Positions 12,901-25,800 of a stretch of 64,000 nucleotides of DNA are shown piece by piece; position 1 is the first letter of the stretch, and each line of letters starts with the position of its first letter. Location of the stretch: the NCBI RefSeq assembly GCF_964355755.1, contig NC_092670.1:15114795-15178794 (forward strand), given 5' to 3'. Both the position numbers and the translations under genes were made by a program. Source of the DNA: Antedon mediterranea. Lineage: Eukaryota; Animalia; Echinodermata. The notes under the pieces are model-generated. The model was not told the DNA's origin. It searched no databases and was given only the letters and a program-made list of their open reading frames with translations.

Positions 12901-15900
12901 TTTTGTATTGGTTGATTTCATTTAAAATACTATAAATCAATTGTCAACTTGAGATAACACAAATAATGATCAAATATGATTTAATGTAGTATGTCAATAC
13001 ACATGTTGTTTCTCAAAAATAGATATAAGAAACAAATAATGAGTGCTTTCATAAGTTGTTACATATCAGACTTATGTAATGCTTGGTGTCTTACCACATC
13101 CTCTCTCATCTCTGCATCTTGGAGGACAGTCACATATACCGTCACAACGATTTATAGTATTAGTACAACTGTTTGGTGAGCATGAAAATTGACCAATTCC
13201 CTCACAATGTGAATAGTGACACCCTGGGCAGCAATTGCCATCTGGTTGCCATTTTATGTAAGTCTAATAAATAAATAATAAATTACTCTACTCGAGTACT
13301 GCAGTAACTATATTTTGCTTACTCTTTATACAATCATTTAGCAAATTTTTTTGGGGTAATCATACACATTGTTTAATGCAGAAACTGTCTTATAAACTTC
13401 TACATTAAAACAAACTAAAATCATGTTATTTCATTACTGCAGTAGAATTATTTTAACATGATCCCTTTGCTAAGTGGTAGAGACTGAGCATAGTGAAATA
13501 TATATGACCAACAGCCAAAACAGGAATCAAACAACAAAATAAAAAGTAAAAATATTTATTACGATGTCCATTTTTTTTTAAATAAGAGGGAAGCAATCTT
13601 TGACTAACAGGTGACAAACTGTATGTGCTGGTGCCACCACTCTCTCATTGATCTAAGGCTCTTTCTACACTATCAAACTTTACGTGACAAAACAATGTGA
13701 TGTGCCCATATATGGACACGATGACAGCGTATTACTAACTCGTTTGATAGTGTAGTGTAATGAATGAATGAATGTGTTAAAACTTACTGGTGGACAGTCA
13801 GTAATTTCACAGATTTGGGTGGTGCATTCTATATCACCAACACCTTCACATGTGCAATCTGTGCATTCGTCAGGAGTATATGTTGATCCAACCTAAATAA
13901 AAACATTTAAGTGTAAACAATTAAATGTAAACAATTTAAGCAATTAAATGTAAACAATTTAAGCAATTAATGTAAACAATTAAATGTAACAATTAAATGT
14001 AAACAATTTAGACAATTAAATTTAAACAATTAAGTGTAAACAATTAAAGCAATTAAAATTAAACAATTTGGACAATCAAATGTAAACAATTTAGACAATT
14101 AAATGTAAACAATTTAGAAAATCAAATGTAAACAATTTAGACAACTAAATGTAAACAAAGTGTAAACAATTTAGACAATTAAATGTAAACAATTTAGACA
14201 ATTAAATGTAAACAATTTAGACAATTAAATGTAAACAATTAAGTGTAAACAATTTAGACAATTAAATGTAAACAATTTAGACAATTAAATGTAAACAATT
14301 AAGTGTAAACAATTTAGACAATTAAATGTAAACAATTGAATGTAAACAATTTAAGCAATTAAATGTAAACGATGTAAACAATTAAATATAAACAATGTAA
14401 ATAATTAAATGTAAACAATGTGAGGGCGTGTGGTGCAGTGTGTTGGACCTTCGACCATAGAGATATTATAGTTCACTATAATATCTCTATGCTTCGACTA
14501 CTGATCATGAGATCGAGGTTTGAATCCAACTCTCGCTGCATTGCTTGAATCCGTAGACAAGATACATTATTTACGTTTGCCTCTCTTCACCCAGGTGTAT
14601 AAATGGCCGTTTCTGCTGCCATAAAGTACTGTATTTAATACGGTATTTTTGGAATACCGTATTTCTTTGGCAGCAGAAACTGTGCTCATAAAAAAAAAAC
14701 TGTATTTTGTATACAGTATTTGCCCCACAAAATTAGTGGATAAAATACGGTATTTACAAATTTATACCATATTTTCTGTAACTGTTTCTGCTGCCAATAA
14801 AAAAATACCGTATTTTTTTACCTGTGACATGAGGTCAACATCGTGTTGTGTTTTGATTTTTTGTCACTGTGACAGTTGTTTAACACATGTGCAAAAATGT
14901 GGAGCGAAGAAGTTACCGTTTTTACTATTAATTTGTGGGGGGGGGGGGGGGAAGCGAAACTTTCAGGAAAACTAAGGGGCAATAACTTAAAAGGGACTGC
15001 ACTATTTATAAAGAAATTTTGAACAAAATAAAACAGAAATACAATGTAGATTTGTCTCCAAAGCAATTTCCTTCATTGCGACTTTTCATCAAAATCAAAA
15101 CTACAACATTTTTTGTTATGTCTACCATGTTTATCGGGACAACACAAGCACATGTGTACCATACCAAGTGTGGACAACCGGTAGACATCGAGAGTGGGAA
15201 TTCCTGAGTTACATTGCACACGCTCAGTATACTTAGGTCAAACACAGACTTCCGGTTCAAGAATGGCAGTTTGGGTATAAAGATGAAATTTAACACGACC
15301 ACCCCCAAGAAGTATTGTTAGCAGAAACGGGGTACTAAAAAATACCGTATTTTAAATACCGTATTCTATACCGTATTTTTATACCGTATTTTCAGCAGTT
15401 GCAGCAGAAACAGGCCCAAAGAGTACCCAGTTAAATCAAGACAAAAATTTGCGCTGATTAATAGCTGCATTATGGGAGTATGATCCCAAAAAAATGACTG
15501 TGGTAATAATGTTCAGCGCTTAGAGGTTTCACAACATTAGGCGCTATATAAATCCAGGATATTATTATTATTAATTAAATGTATACAATTAAACAATTAA
15601 ATATAAACAATGTAAATAATTAAATGTAAACAATCAAATGTAAATAATTAAATGTAAACAATTTGATGCAGGCATCTATTTCGGCATTTGCCAGCATGCA
15701 AGAAATGAGAAATATACTGTACATACGGCAATACATTCACCATGGGAGTGACATCCATTACAACCAGGTGTTGTTTCAGTAAAGTTTCTTCCAGTTACAG
15801 ATGTCACCAGAGTTGTCAAAGTAGTTGTAGAAATAGTAGTCACTATTAATAGATAAAGATACATTGTTACTTTTTGTGATTTAAGTTATCTTTTTCACTC

Positions 15901-16793
15901 TTTTTTTTGCAGGCAGAAAAAGTTGAATAAAATGGACATTGTCAAAGTAGCAAATTAATCAAGGCGAAGTAGGGCTGGTAATACGATTGCTTAAGTTTTT
16001 ATTATTGTTGAATAAAAAAGAAATCAGTACAGTATTACCAATTTGCAGGGCCAAAAGGCAGAAATTGTATAAAAGGAGGGGTTCTTTTCCCCCGCAAAAC
16101 GGCAAAGTGCAAGCCTAAGAGACTGAAGAAAAGTTAGTTTTACACTTAGCATAGTAGATGAAAATAATTGTCCTGCTGGTTAGGTAGATTTTACTAAAAA
16201 ATGTTAATGGGTTAGACTTATCTACAAGCAATTTCGCTGCTGTTCTCTAGATTGAAAGGGACACAAAATGGACTTCTTTTGATTACAGGCTCGATAGCTA
16301 GTTTTCTGAATTGAAGTTCAATAACAAAAATTACATTTATAAAATTCGGACATTGAGGAAGTTTTCACTTTAAAAAAAAAATAGTATTATCTTTCCTCTC
16401 AATCCATTCACTATTGTTTTGAAGTCTAAAAATAGAATTGGATACTTACAAGTTTCACAATAGCAGCAACGATGGCCAACTGGTTCAATTAAAACTTCGC
16501 CCTGTAAAAACATTTTATTCATTCAATAAAGATAGTACAAATAGTGCAAATAACTGCACACGTAGATGACCCAGAAACAGTTTCCAAAATTTGTCTTAAC
16601 TTACTAAAAACTCCATAATACATTTAAAAATACTTGTACTAATAAAAAACATACAACTAAGATTCATGTGCAGTCCTAGTACATCATTCAAGACGTTTAG
16701 GGGTTAATACCCTGTTGTGCTAGCCACAGTCATGGACGGAGGGCGGAGTGCCGTAAATGACATGATGTTATAAGGGGAGAAGCATGTATTGTG

Positions 16794-16834
<41 letters not shown>

Positions 16835-19800
16835 GTTCTTTTTAATATAAAATGAAAGAAACATACATTAGTACATGTTATATCACATGATGCCTTTGTA
16901 CAGTTTACGTCTCCATTTTCTTGACAAGTACACGTAACACATTCTGATACATGCATGGTCTCTGAATACTAAATTTAGAAAGAAAAAAACCTAAATGTAC
17001 CAACTGTTTTTTAATGAAGGGTCATATAAAAGTATGAAGCCAATGCAATACAATGAGAGCCAAGCATGTTAAGCAAGACACATCTTTAGGGACCATGTCA
17101 AAATGATTATATTATTATTATTCTATTCATTATATTACTCTACTACTACATTTTGTTTACTGCAATAATGTATGCTTTTAGTTTGTATCAATGTAACAGT
17201 GAGTTTATTAGTCAGTCACTGTAATAACAACGTATGATTGCACAAGCTTGCTAAATAATTGCATAAGCTGTTTTTAAAGAGTAACAAAACATAGTTACTG
17301 CAGTAAGTACAGTAGAATAATTTTTATCAATCATACAAACACATTTATTGTCTTATAAACTTGTACATGAGAAACACTAAATATAAATTTTTTCAGTAAA
17401 AATTTTTTTGATTAAAATAGAATAGAATAATTTATACACGATCACAATGTTTGTAACATTCAGGTAATCCTGCCTCATTAATTTAATTTAGTTTTTAATG
17501 TATTATTGTAAATTTGACAATGGAAAATAAATGATATATAATGATATATGAATCATACCTGAAGTACAGCACCCTCATAATCACATGGACAATGATTCTC
17601 TTGAACACATGAATTTTCACTTCTGACCATTCCTTCTGGGCAGAAGCAGCCACTTTCACAGCCTTCACTACATAACATGTTCATGTTGGTACAATCAGTG
17701 TGACACGTGCATACCTCCCGATAAACAAAAGGAGCAAAGCAAGCTGTAGAATTTAATTATACAAAATATACTATAACAATTTTATTTTAGAAAAGTTGTA
17801 TATAAATTATTATAATATTTATACTGGTACAATTAAATGCATCTAAATGAGCTATTATAATGATTTTCCTAATGAATTTTCCTAAAGCTCTGTCCACACT
17901 ATCAAACTAGTTTGTTCCCAAATATAGTAATGATATGCCTAAATATGGTTGTGATATGACATCATCATGTCCATATATGGGCATATCAAGTTTGATAGTG
18001 TAGAAAGAGCTTAAGTTTTTCTTATTAGTGGAGGTTGCACATAGCACATGATAAATGATTATCCAAGCTATAGGCATAGACAACTGAAGAATGCTCTGTT
18101 CATGTGCTTTAAGCTCTGTCTATACTGTCAAATTGTATGTGATGTGCATGGACATGATGATGTCATATCACTACCATTTGTGGACATATCACTACCATTT
18201 GTGGACATATCACTACCATAGTATTATTAAAAAAAGCTTTACTGATGCAAAGGTCCCTAATTATACATGTACATACCAGCAGAGTTTAATAAACTTACGA
18301 TTCACACTTGTTGTTGGGATTACAGTTGTTGGTGTGGCACGGCATTCGCAGCAGTCACCTTCATCATAAAGGGTGTATCCCTAGAAAAAGTAAAACATAA
18401 AAAAATTTATAATCACAAAATAAAAATATACAGAAGAACTTTTTTTAAGTGCATGCAAGCAAATATTATTCAACCGATCATTGTGAAGCTCTGTCTACAC
18501 TATCGAACTATACAGTATGTAATAAAAAATGTGACGTACCCATATATGGACATAATGATGTCATATTACTACCATATTTAAGCATATCACTACCATTTTT
18601 GGACACATCACATTTTTTTTTTTAAACTAGTTTGATAGTGTAGACAGAGCGTGAGAACGGATTTGGCAGCTTTGGCTTTGACTGGAGGACATGGGATGAT
18701 TGGCAATATGATAGATTAGTTCTACCTCCCAAACCCCTACCCCGCGATCACCTCAACACCCAACGCCTGAGTTGCCACTTTGAAATGAGAGAAACTTACC
18801 TCTGGACAACTGTCAAGGTTGCAATCACCTTGTGCGCATACAATTTGTGTTGCTTGACACATGCATGTTTCACAATTACCTCGACGCCATGTAGCCAACA
18901 ACTACAAATGAAAAATAAGAATTTGAAAAAAGAAATCACACATAAGTAAAAATAAAGAGAAGTTCAAGATAAAAGTCAGCCAGCTTACTATATGAATTGT
19001 TTGATTTAAAAAGTTAAAAATGTAAATATTGTTATGGCCAATATGGGGCAAAGTTTATGTTTAAATTGCTGTATCAAGATGAAGCATTGTATTATAATGT
19101 AAACATTTGTAGTGAACAGTGAATCTCCTCTGCAACCACAATATCTTTAAAAAGAAAATAAAACAAAAATTCTTTTTTGAGTTGACAGCAAACCTCATTT
19201 GGGCCTAATCTTACCCTATAGAATTGGTTACTTTCAGAATCATAGCAAGGACATTCACTCTGCTCTATACAGACACTATTGTGTTCTACCAAACCTGACG
19301 GACAATTACAACCGCTAGTGCAGCCACTGGATGTGTCACACATTTCTATTCCATCAGCCAAGTCAGCACATGTCAATGTGCAGTAGCAATCACTTGCAAC
19401 ACGGTTACTTGGACCTGTTAAAAATTGTTGTATAGTATTGTCGTGTAGTTTTAAATTAAAATATAAATATTTAAACTGCATTTATCTTACCATACTCACA
19501 GTATTTTAAATTACAAAATGGTCCTACTTTTACAAGATTTTAAAATGTATTTAATTTTAATCACAGCAATCATTAAAAATAGAAAATAAAAACTGATATT
19601 TATAGGAATATTTGGCTGTTTTTTATATCCATTTAAAACCAAATACTCAAATTAAAATAAAATAATAATACTTACAATGTAAGGTAGTTGAAGGAACATA
19701 TCCTGAAACAATAAACGTACAAAAAAAATGTTAATACAATAGTTAAATACAACTAACATTGACATCGACCTGGGTCAAGTTGTTAATTATAACTCCAGCT

Positions 19801-22800
19801 AAAACCCATTTGCCATTCATAGAAATACTGATGAAGAAAATAGAAAATAGGCTAAGGGATTATGTCAGAACTATGCTACTGCAGTTATCGCAGTAACTAC
19901 ATTTTGCTTACTCTCAATTTGCTAATGCAAGTATTTAGCAAGCTTTTCTTACAGTGATTCACTCATAAACTTCAAGTTTACACTGATGCAAATTAAAATC
20001 ATATGTTAATGCACTAAATAATATATTTTTTGCATTAACTGTAGTAGAATAATTTTGATATGGTCTTTTAAACTGATAACACAAAAATTGAAAAGATAAA
20101 AAGTGAATTAAAAAAAAATATAGAATTCCTTACAAAAAAAAGATGAAGAATAGATACAATTTATCAGAAAAAAAAGATAGTTATTTATACTGTAGGTAGT
20201 CATTATTAAGAGAAAAAAAAATGTGTTCGCATCCATTTTTAATTTAATCTTAATAACACACACCTTCATTTAAGAATTAACATTTATTAAATAAAAAGTA
20301 CCCTATATTGAAGAATCACAGTTAAATAGGGCATAGATTTTCAGTCAACCTATTGTTGCACATGTGGTTTCAGTCAACCTATTGAATGAGCAAAACAAAT
20401 TTGCAGTACTCGTAAATAAAACAACATTGATGGCACTTTTGATATCATTAGGAGTGCAACAACTATTATGTGACCCACAATCCTCAAATCAAATGACAAG
20501 AATCCACTAACTAAGGTGTATTATAAAACTTTCATCTGCAAACAAAAAGCCTAATTCACTTATTCACACATAACAATTGATTTAATTAAGAAATATATTT
20601 TACACTTTCAACATCAATAATTAATTTTTTATTTGGATCCTAATAATAATAGGAGTTAATTTGTTTGTTGTTTGTTTCAATTATAAAGTTTTGCCAAAAA
20701 AAATGTTACATTAATCATCAATTTAGTGCATATAAATATAGGCAATCAAATAAACAGAAAGTTATAAATGAAACTTGAAGAAAATTATCAGAAGAATAAA
20801 CGAAGAATTAAGAGAAACATTAGTTTAACATGAAATAAGCTGTATTTAATAGCATACTCTAAAATAGAATCTGAGAAGAAACACGCATTTTAATCAAACA
20901 AAATGTTTACCACTCGTTGTTGAACCATAGGGCTCTCCTGTTGTTGAACCAGAGGGTTCTCCTGTTGTTGAACCATAGGGCTCTCCTGTTGTTGAACCAT
21001 AGGGCTCTCCTGTTGTTGAACCTGAGGGTTCTCCTGTCGTTGAACCAGAGGGCTCTCCTGTCGTTGAACCAGAGGGTTCTCCTGTCGTTGAACCAGAGGG
21101 TTCTCCTGTCGTTGAACCAGAGGGCTCTCCTGTAGTTGAACCAGAGGGCTCTCCTGTAGTTGAACCAGAGGGCTCTCCTGTAGTTGAACCAGAGGGCTCC
21201 CCTGTTGTTGAACCAGAGGGCTCTCCTGTCGTCGAACCAGAGGGCTCTCCTGTCGTCGAACCAGAGGGCTCTCCTGTCGTCGAACCAGAGGGCTCTCCTG
21301 TCGTTGAACCAGAGGGCTCTCCTGTCGTTGAACCAGAGGGCTCCCCTGTCGTTGAACCAGAGGGCTCCCCTGTCGTTGAACCAGAGGGCTCCCCTGTCGT
21401 TGAACCAGAGGGCTCTCCAGTCGTTGAACCAGAGGGTTCTCCTGTCGTTGAACCAGATGGTTCTCCTGTCGTTGAACCAGAGGGTTCTCCTGTTGTTGAA
21501 CCAGAGGGTTCTCCTGTTGTTGAACCAGAGGGTTCTCCTGTTGTTGAACCAGAGGGCTCTCCTGTAGTTGAACCAGAGGGCTCTCCTGTTGTTGAACCAG
21601 AGGGCTCTCCTGTTGTTGAACCAGAGGGCTCTCCTGTTGTTGAACCAGAGGGCTCTCCTGTTGTTGAACCAGAGGGCTCTCCTGTTGTTGAACCAGAGGG
21701 CTCTCCTGTTGTTGAACCAGAGGGTTCTCCTGTTGTTGAACCAGAGGGTTCTCCTGTAGTTGAACCAGAGGGCTCTCCTGTAGTTGAACCAGAGGGTTCT
21801 CCTGTAGTTGAACCAGAGGGCTCCCCTGTTGTTGAACCAGAGGGCTCTCCTGTTGTCGAACCAGAGGGCTCTCCTGTTGTTGAACCAGAGGGCTCTCCAG
21901 TTGTCGAACCAGAGGGCTCTCCAGTTGTTGAACCAGTAGGCTCTCCTGTTGTAGATACTGATGGCTCTCCTGTTGTTGAACCAGAGGGCTCTCCTGTTGT
22001 TGAACCAGAGGGCTCTCCTGTTGTTGAACCAGAGGGCTCTCCTGTTGTTGAACCAGAGGGCTCTCCTGTTGTTGAACCAGAGGGCTCTCCTGTTGTTGAA
22101 CCAGAGGGTTCTCCTGTTGTTGAACCAGAGGGTTCTCCTGTTGTTGAACCAGAGGGTTCTCCTGTTGTTGAACCAGAGGGTTCTCCTGTTGTTGAACCAG
22201 AGGGTTCTCCTGTTGTTGATCCAGAGGGTTCTCCAGTTGTTGATCCAGAGGGCTCTCCTGTTGTTGAACCAGAGGGCTCTCCTGTTGTTGAACCAGAGGG
22301 CTCTCCTGTTGTTGAACCAGAGGGCTCTCCTGTTGTTGAACCAGAGGGCTCTCCTGTCGTCGAACCAGAGGGTTCTCCTGTCGTCGAACCAGAGGGCTCT
22401 CCTGTCGTCGAACTAGAGGGCTCTCCTGTTGTTGAACCAGAGGGCTCTCCTGTTGTTGAACCGGAGGGCTCTCCTGTTGTTGAACCAGAGGGCTCTCCTG
22501 TTGTTGAACCAGAGGGCTCTCCTGTTGTTGATAAACCTGAGGGTGCTCCTGTTGATGAACCTGAGGGCTCTGGTGTAAAAATAAGTTAAGATAATGAAAA
22601 CATTTAATTGTGTAAATAATTTATGTTTCTATATATTGAACATAAAAATTTAATTTCTATTTATAATCTGGTAGTACTCCTCTGCATTTTCCACAAAAGC
22701 CTTAGTCTATTCCAAGTACTGTAACTCTCAGCACAAGAAGAACTGAGTTTTGATAAAGACTATAGTAAAGTATTACCTTAAGTATATAATAATGCTGTAT

Positions 22801-25800
22801 ATTATGGATGTAGAGAAATGAAATGTAATTTGTAGATAAATAAAGAGAAATCTTAGTTAGTTATATTGCTTTACGGATCAACAGGTATTTTGACAGTCTT
22901 AAATACTACTGTAGGGTATGAATTATTTGTACAGACTCCTTCAAATTAAAAACAGCTGTACCACTGCCCTGATTGTCTGCCATCTTTTATCATTAGCTGC
23001 TTCATCTAATTAAAGACTCCCTCAATTTAGAGATCAAATAATGCAACTGATCATTTTCCTTCAAATTACAGAAAATGCATTTTTAGGGTAGAACAGCCAT
23101 TTTGAAATACACTTAAATGGATAGAAGGGCAGACAAACCAACTTATATATATATATATATATTTACCCTAAAATAATCAAATTTTAACTTTCCTTCAAAT
23201 ACTGAATTTTCAACCTAAATTTGTAAAAGTGTATGTAACAAAAGAGGTAATTAATAATACAGTTTGTTTCCAAATAATAACATTTTTTTACCTGTTGTTG
23301 AAGGTTCTGTTGTTGAAGGTTCTGTCGTTGATGGTTCGGTCGTTGATGGTTCAGTCGTTGATGGTTCGGTCGTTGATGGTTCTGTTGTTGAAGGTGCAGT
23401 AGTTGAAGGTTCTGTCGTTGATGGTGCGGTAGTTGAAGGTTCTGTCGTTGAAGGTGCGGTAGTTGAAGGTTCTGTCGTTGAAGGTACAGTTGTTGTACCT
23501 GAGGAAAAACATTTAGTTACATGGTGTAAGTGATAAACATATACAGATATAAACGTATGCAGATGAAAATTAGTAACAAATAGATATTTAATCATATTTA
23601 ACTTACCACAGTCCATTGGAACATCACAATTGTCCCATCTCTGATCTGGGTCGGTTGTGTAACACCAAAGGCTATCATGGTCATCGGGATTACGGCAATA
23701 ATTGTGATTTCCCAAACCTGTATTTGGGTAGTTTGCTTGTGTTCTTGAATGTGAATGAGGTGATTGAGATAACCATTGTTGGCAGGTTCTTCCACTCTCT
23801 GTGGTACTAACTGTACCTCTATAATCACTACCATCCTCCTCCTCATAACATTCTGAAACTGAAAACATTAGCCAACTATGTATTGGAGTAAACTGTGAAT
23901 AGAATGCAAAATATAGCTAGATAGTATCCAACAGGTGCATTTTTAGTTTCTGCTTAAATAATAAAATGGAAGTTTTACTTCTCAAATTGAAGAAATTCAT
24001 TCCAGCAGTATGCCACTAGATCATTTTAAAATGTTGCCGAATGAATTTTCAGATACAGTAACCTGTCAGTGCACTGATTGGGTAAAGAAATACTGTAGCT
24101 CCTCAATGGTAAAGCAATGGTGGTGCAATTTTGGGGTATGACTTTGCATTTGATTTGTGGCCTCTCAGGAAATAGTGATATGTACAGAAAATCTATCAAT
24201 GTGGATGTAAATTTGTACATGAAACAAATAAATGTTGAATCATGTTTAACTTACCACATTCTGTTGGTTTGGTCACTCTACAATTTTCCCACCTTTGATC
24301 TGGATCGGTTGTGTAACACCAAATGCTTTCATGGTCATCAGGATTACGGCAATAATTGTGATTTCCCAAACCTTTATTTGGGTAGTTTGCTTGTGTTCTT
24401 GAATGTGAATGAGGTGATTGAGATAACCATTGTTGACAGGTTCTTCCACTCTCAGTGGTACTAACTGTACCTCTATAATCATTACCATCATCCATTTCAT
24501 AACATTCTGAAACTGAGAACATATTCATCTATGTAACGGAGAACTGCGATGCGACATACACACAGTTTTAAAAGTTATAGTGAAATCACTGATGTAGAAG
24601 TCCTGTAACAAACCTGAGACCCTATTCAATCTGATTTAAATGGCAGGAATCTATTTAAATGTTGTATAAAACCAATAATAAATGTTTATATTCCTGGAAT
24701 GGTACAAATAATGTCGTTCGGTGAATGATGAAAGGCTAAATCTCAACTCAGCTTCGCCTCGTTGAAATATAACCTTCAATCATTCACATCATGGCATTAC
24801 TTGTACGATTCCACTCATAAACATTCATTATTTGTATAAATTTAATCTAAGTTACTACAATTTATAATTATTATCTCAAATACAATAATAACAAAAATGA
24901 AAAAAACAATATGATTTGTTTCAATGTACAGTAGAAGTTTATAAGGCAGTCTCTGCCATAAACAATGTGTATGATTGACCTGAAAGGCTTTCAAAATAAT
25001 TGTATAAACAGGTTAAAGAGTTAACCAAATATAGTAACTGTAGTAGAACGATTTTGACATGTTCATAATTAATATACAGAAATGTAATCATGTTTAACTT
25101 ACCACATTCTGTTGGTTCGGTCACTCTACAATTTTCCCACCTTTGATCTGGATCGGTTGTGTAACACCAAAGACTTTCGTGGTCATCAGGATTACGGCAA
25201 TAATTGTGATCTCCTAAACCTCCATCTGGGTAGTTTCCTGGTGTTCTAGAATGTGAATGAGGCCCTTGAGATGTCCATTGTTGGCAGGTTCTTCCACTTT
25301 CAGTGGTACTAACTGTACCTCTATAATCACTGCCATCATCCATTTCATAACATTCTGAAAATGATGCCATGAATTATGCAGTGTAGCTAACTACTTATGG
25401 GTCTAACTGTGAAGTAATTTAACATAGTTACACTGTTTTAAAATTCACAGTGTAAACAAGAAAGCAAAAAAAAACTGCAAAAAAAATGCAATCTGGAAAA
25501 TAAGGTATGTCACAAAAAACTGCAATTGTACAATAATCTGGAGCCAATAAAAACGAAATTGCCATAAAAAAACCAGTAATCATCTATACTGAATGCGTGA
25601 TTGGCGTGTCACACTTGCTAGTGTCAGGAACTACAGTGTTGGTATAAGGTGTTACATTGTGGGCAAATTTATAGAACGATTGTTGAACCCATTCGTTAGT
25701 TAGCTGATAGTTAAAAGTGGCTGAACGGGTGCTGAATGACTAGCGGCATCAGCATTGATTGAGGTTGTTCTAGGTTATGGTTGCAATTGGTCAAGCCAAG

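Larger units (their letters stand above)
14422..15572 (+). mobile_element. tRNA-derived SINE with L2-like tail, split by two insertions
   Basis: A/B-box-like head, cacccaggtgtataaat core, tail ggcgctatataaatccagga(tat)n; same tail at 59883-59930. Confidence 0.72.

Noticed and set aside
20917-22416. Plus-strand LLLNQRA repeat ORFs
   Set aside because: Antisense shadows of the EPSGSTTG exon; broken by stops, while the minus frame is open and has splice sites.
20911-22569. CRISPR-like array
   Set aside because: Head-to-tail repeats with no unique spacers, no cas genes, and a eukaryotic exon context.
23607-25354. Separate plasminogen/apo(a)/HGF gene
   Set aside because: No PAN or protease exons and no signal peptide; same strand and phase as the flanking exons.
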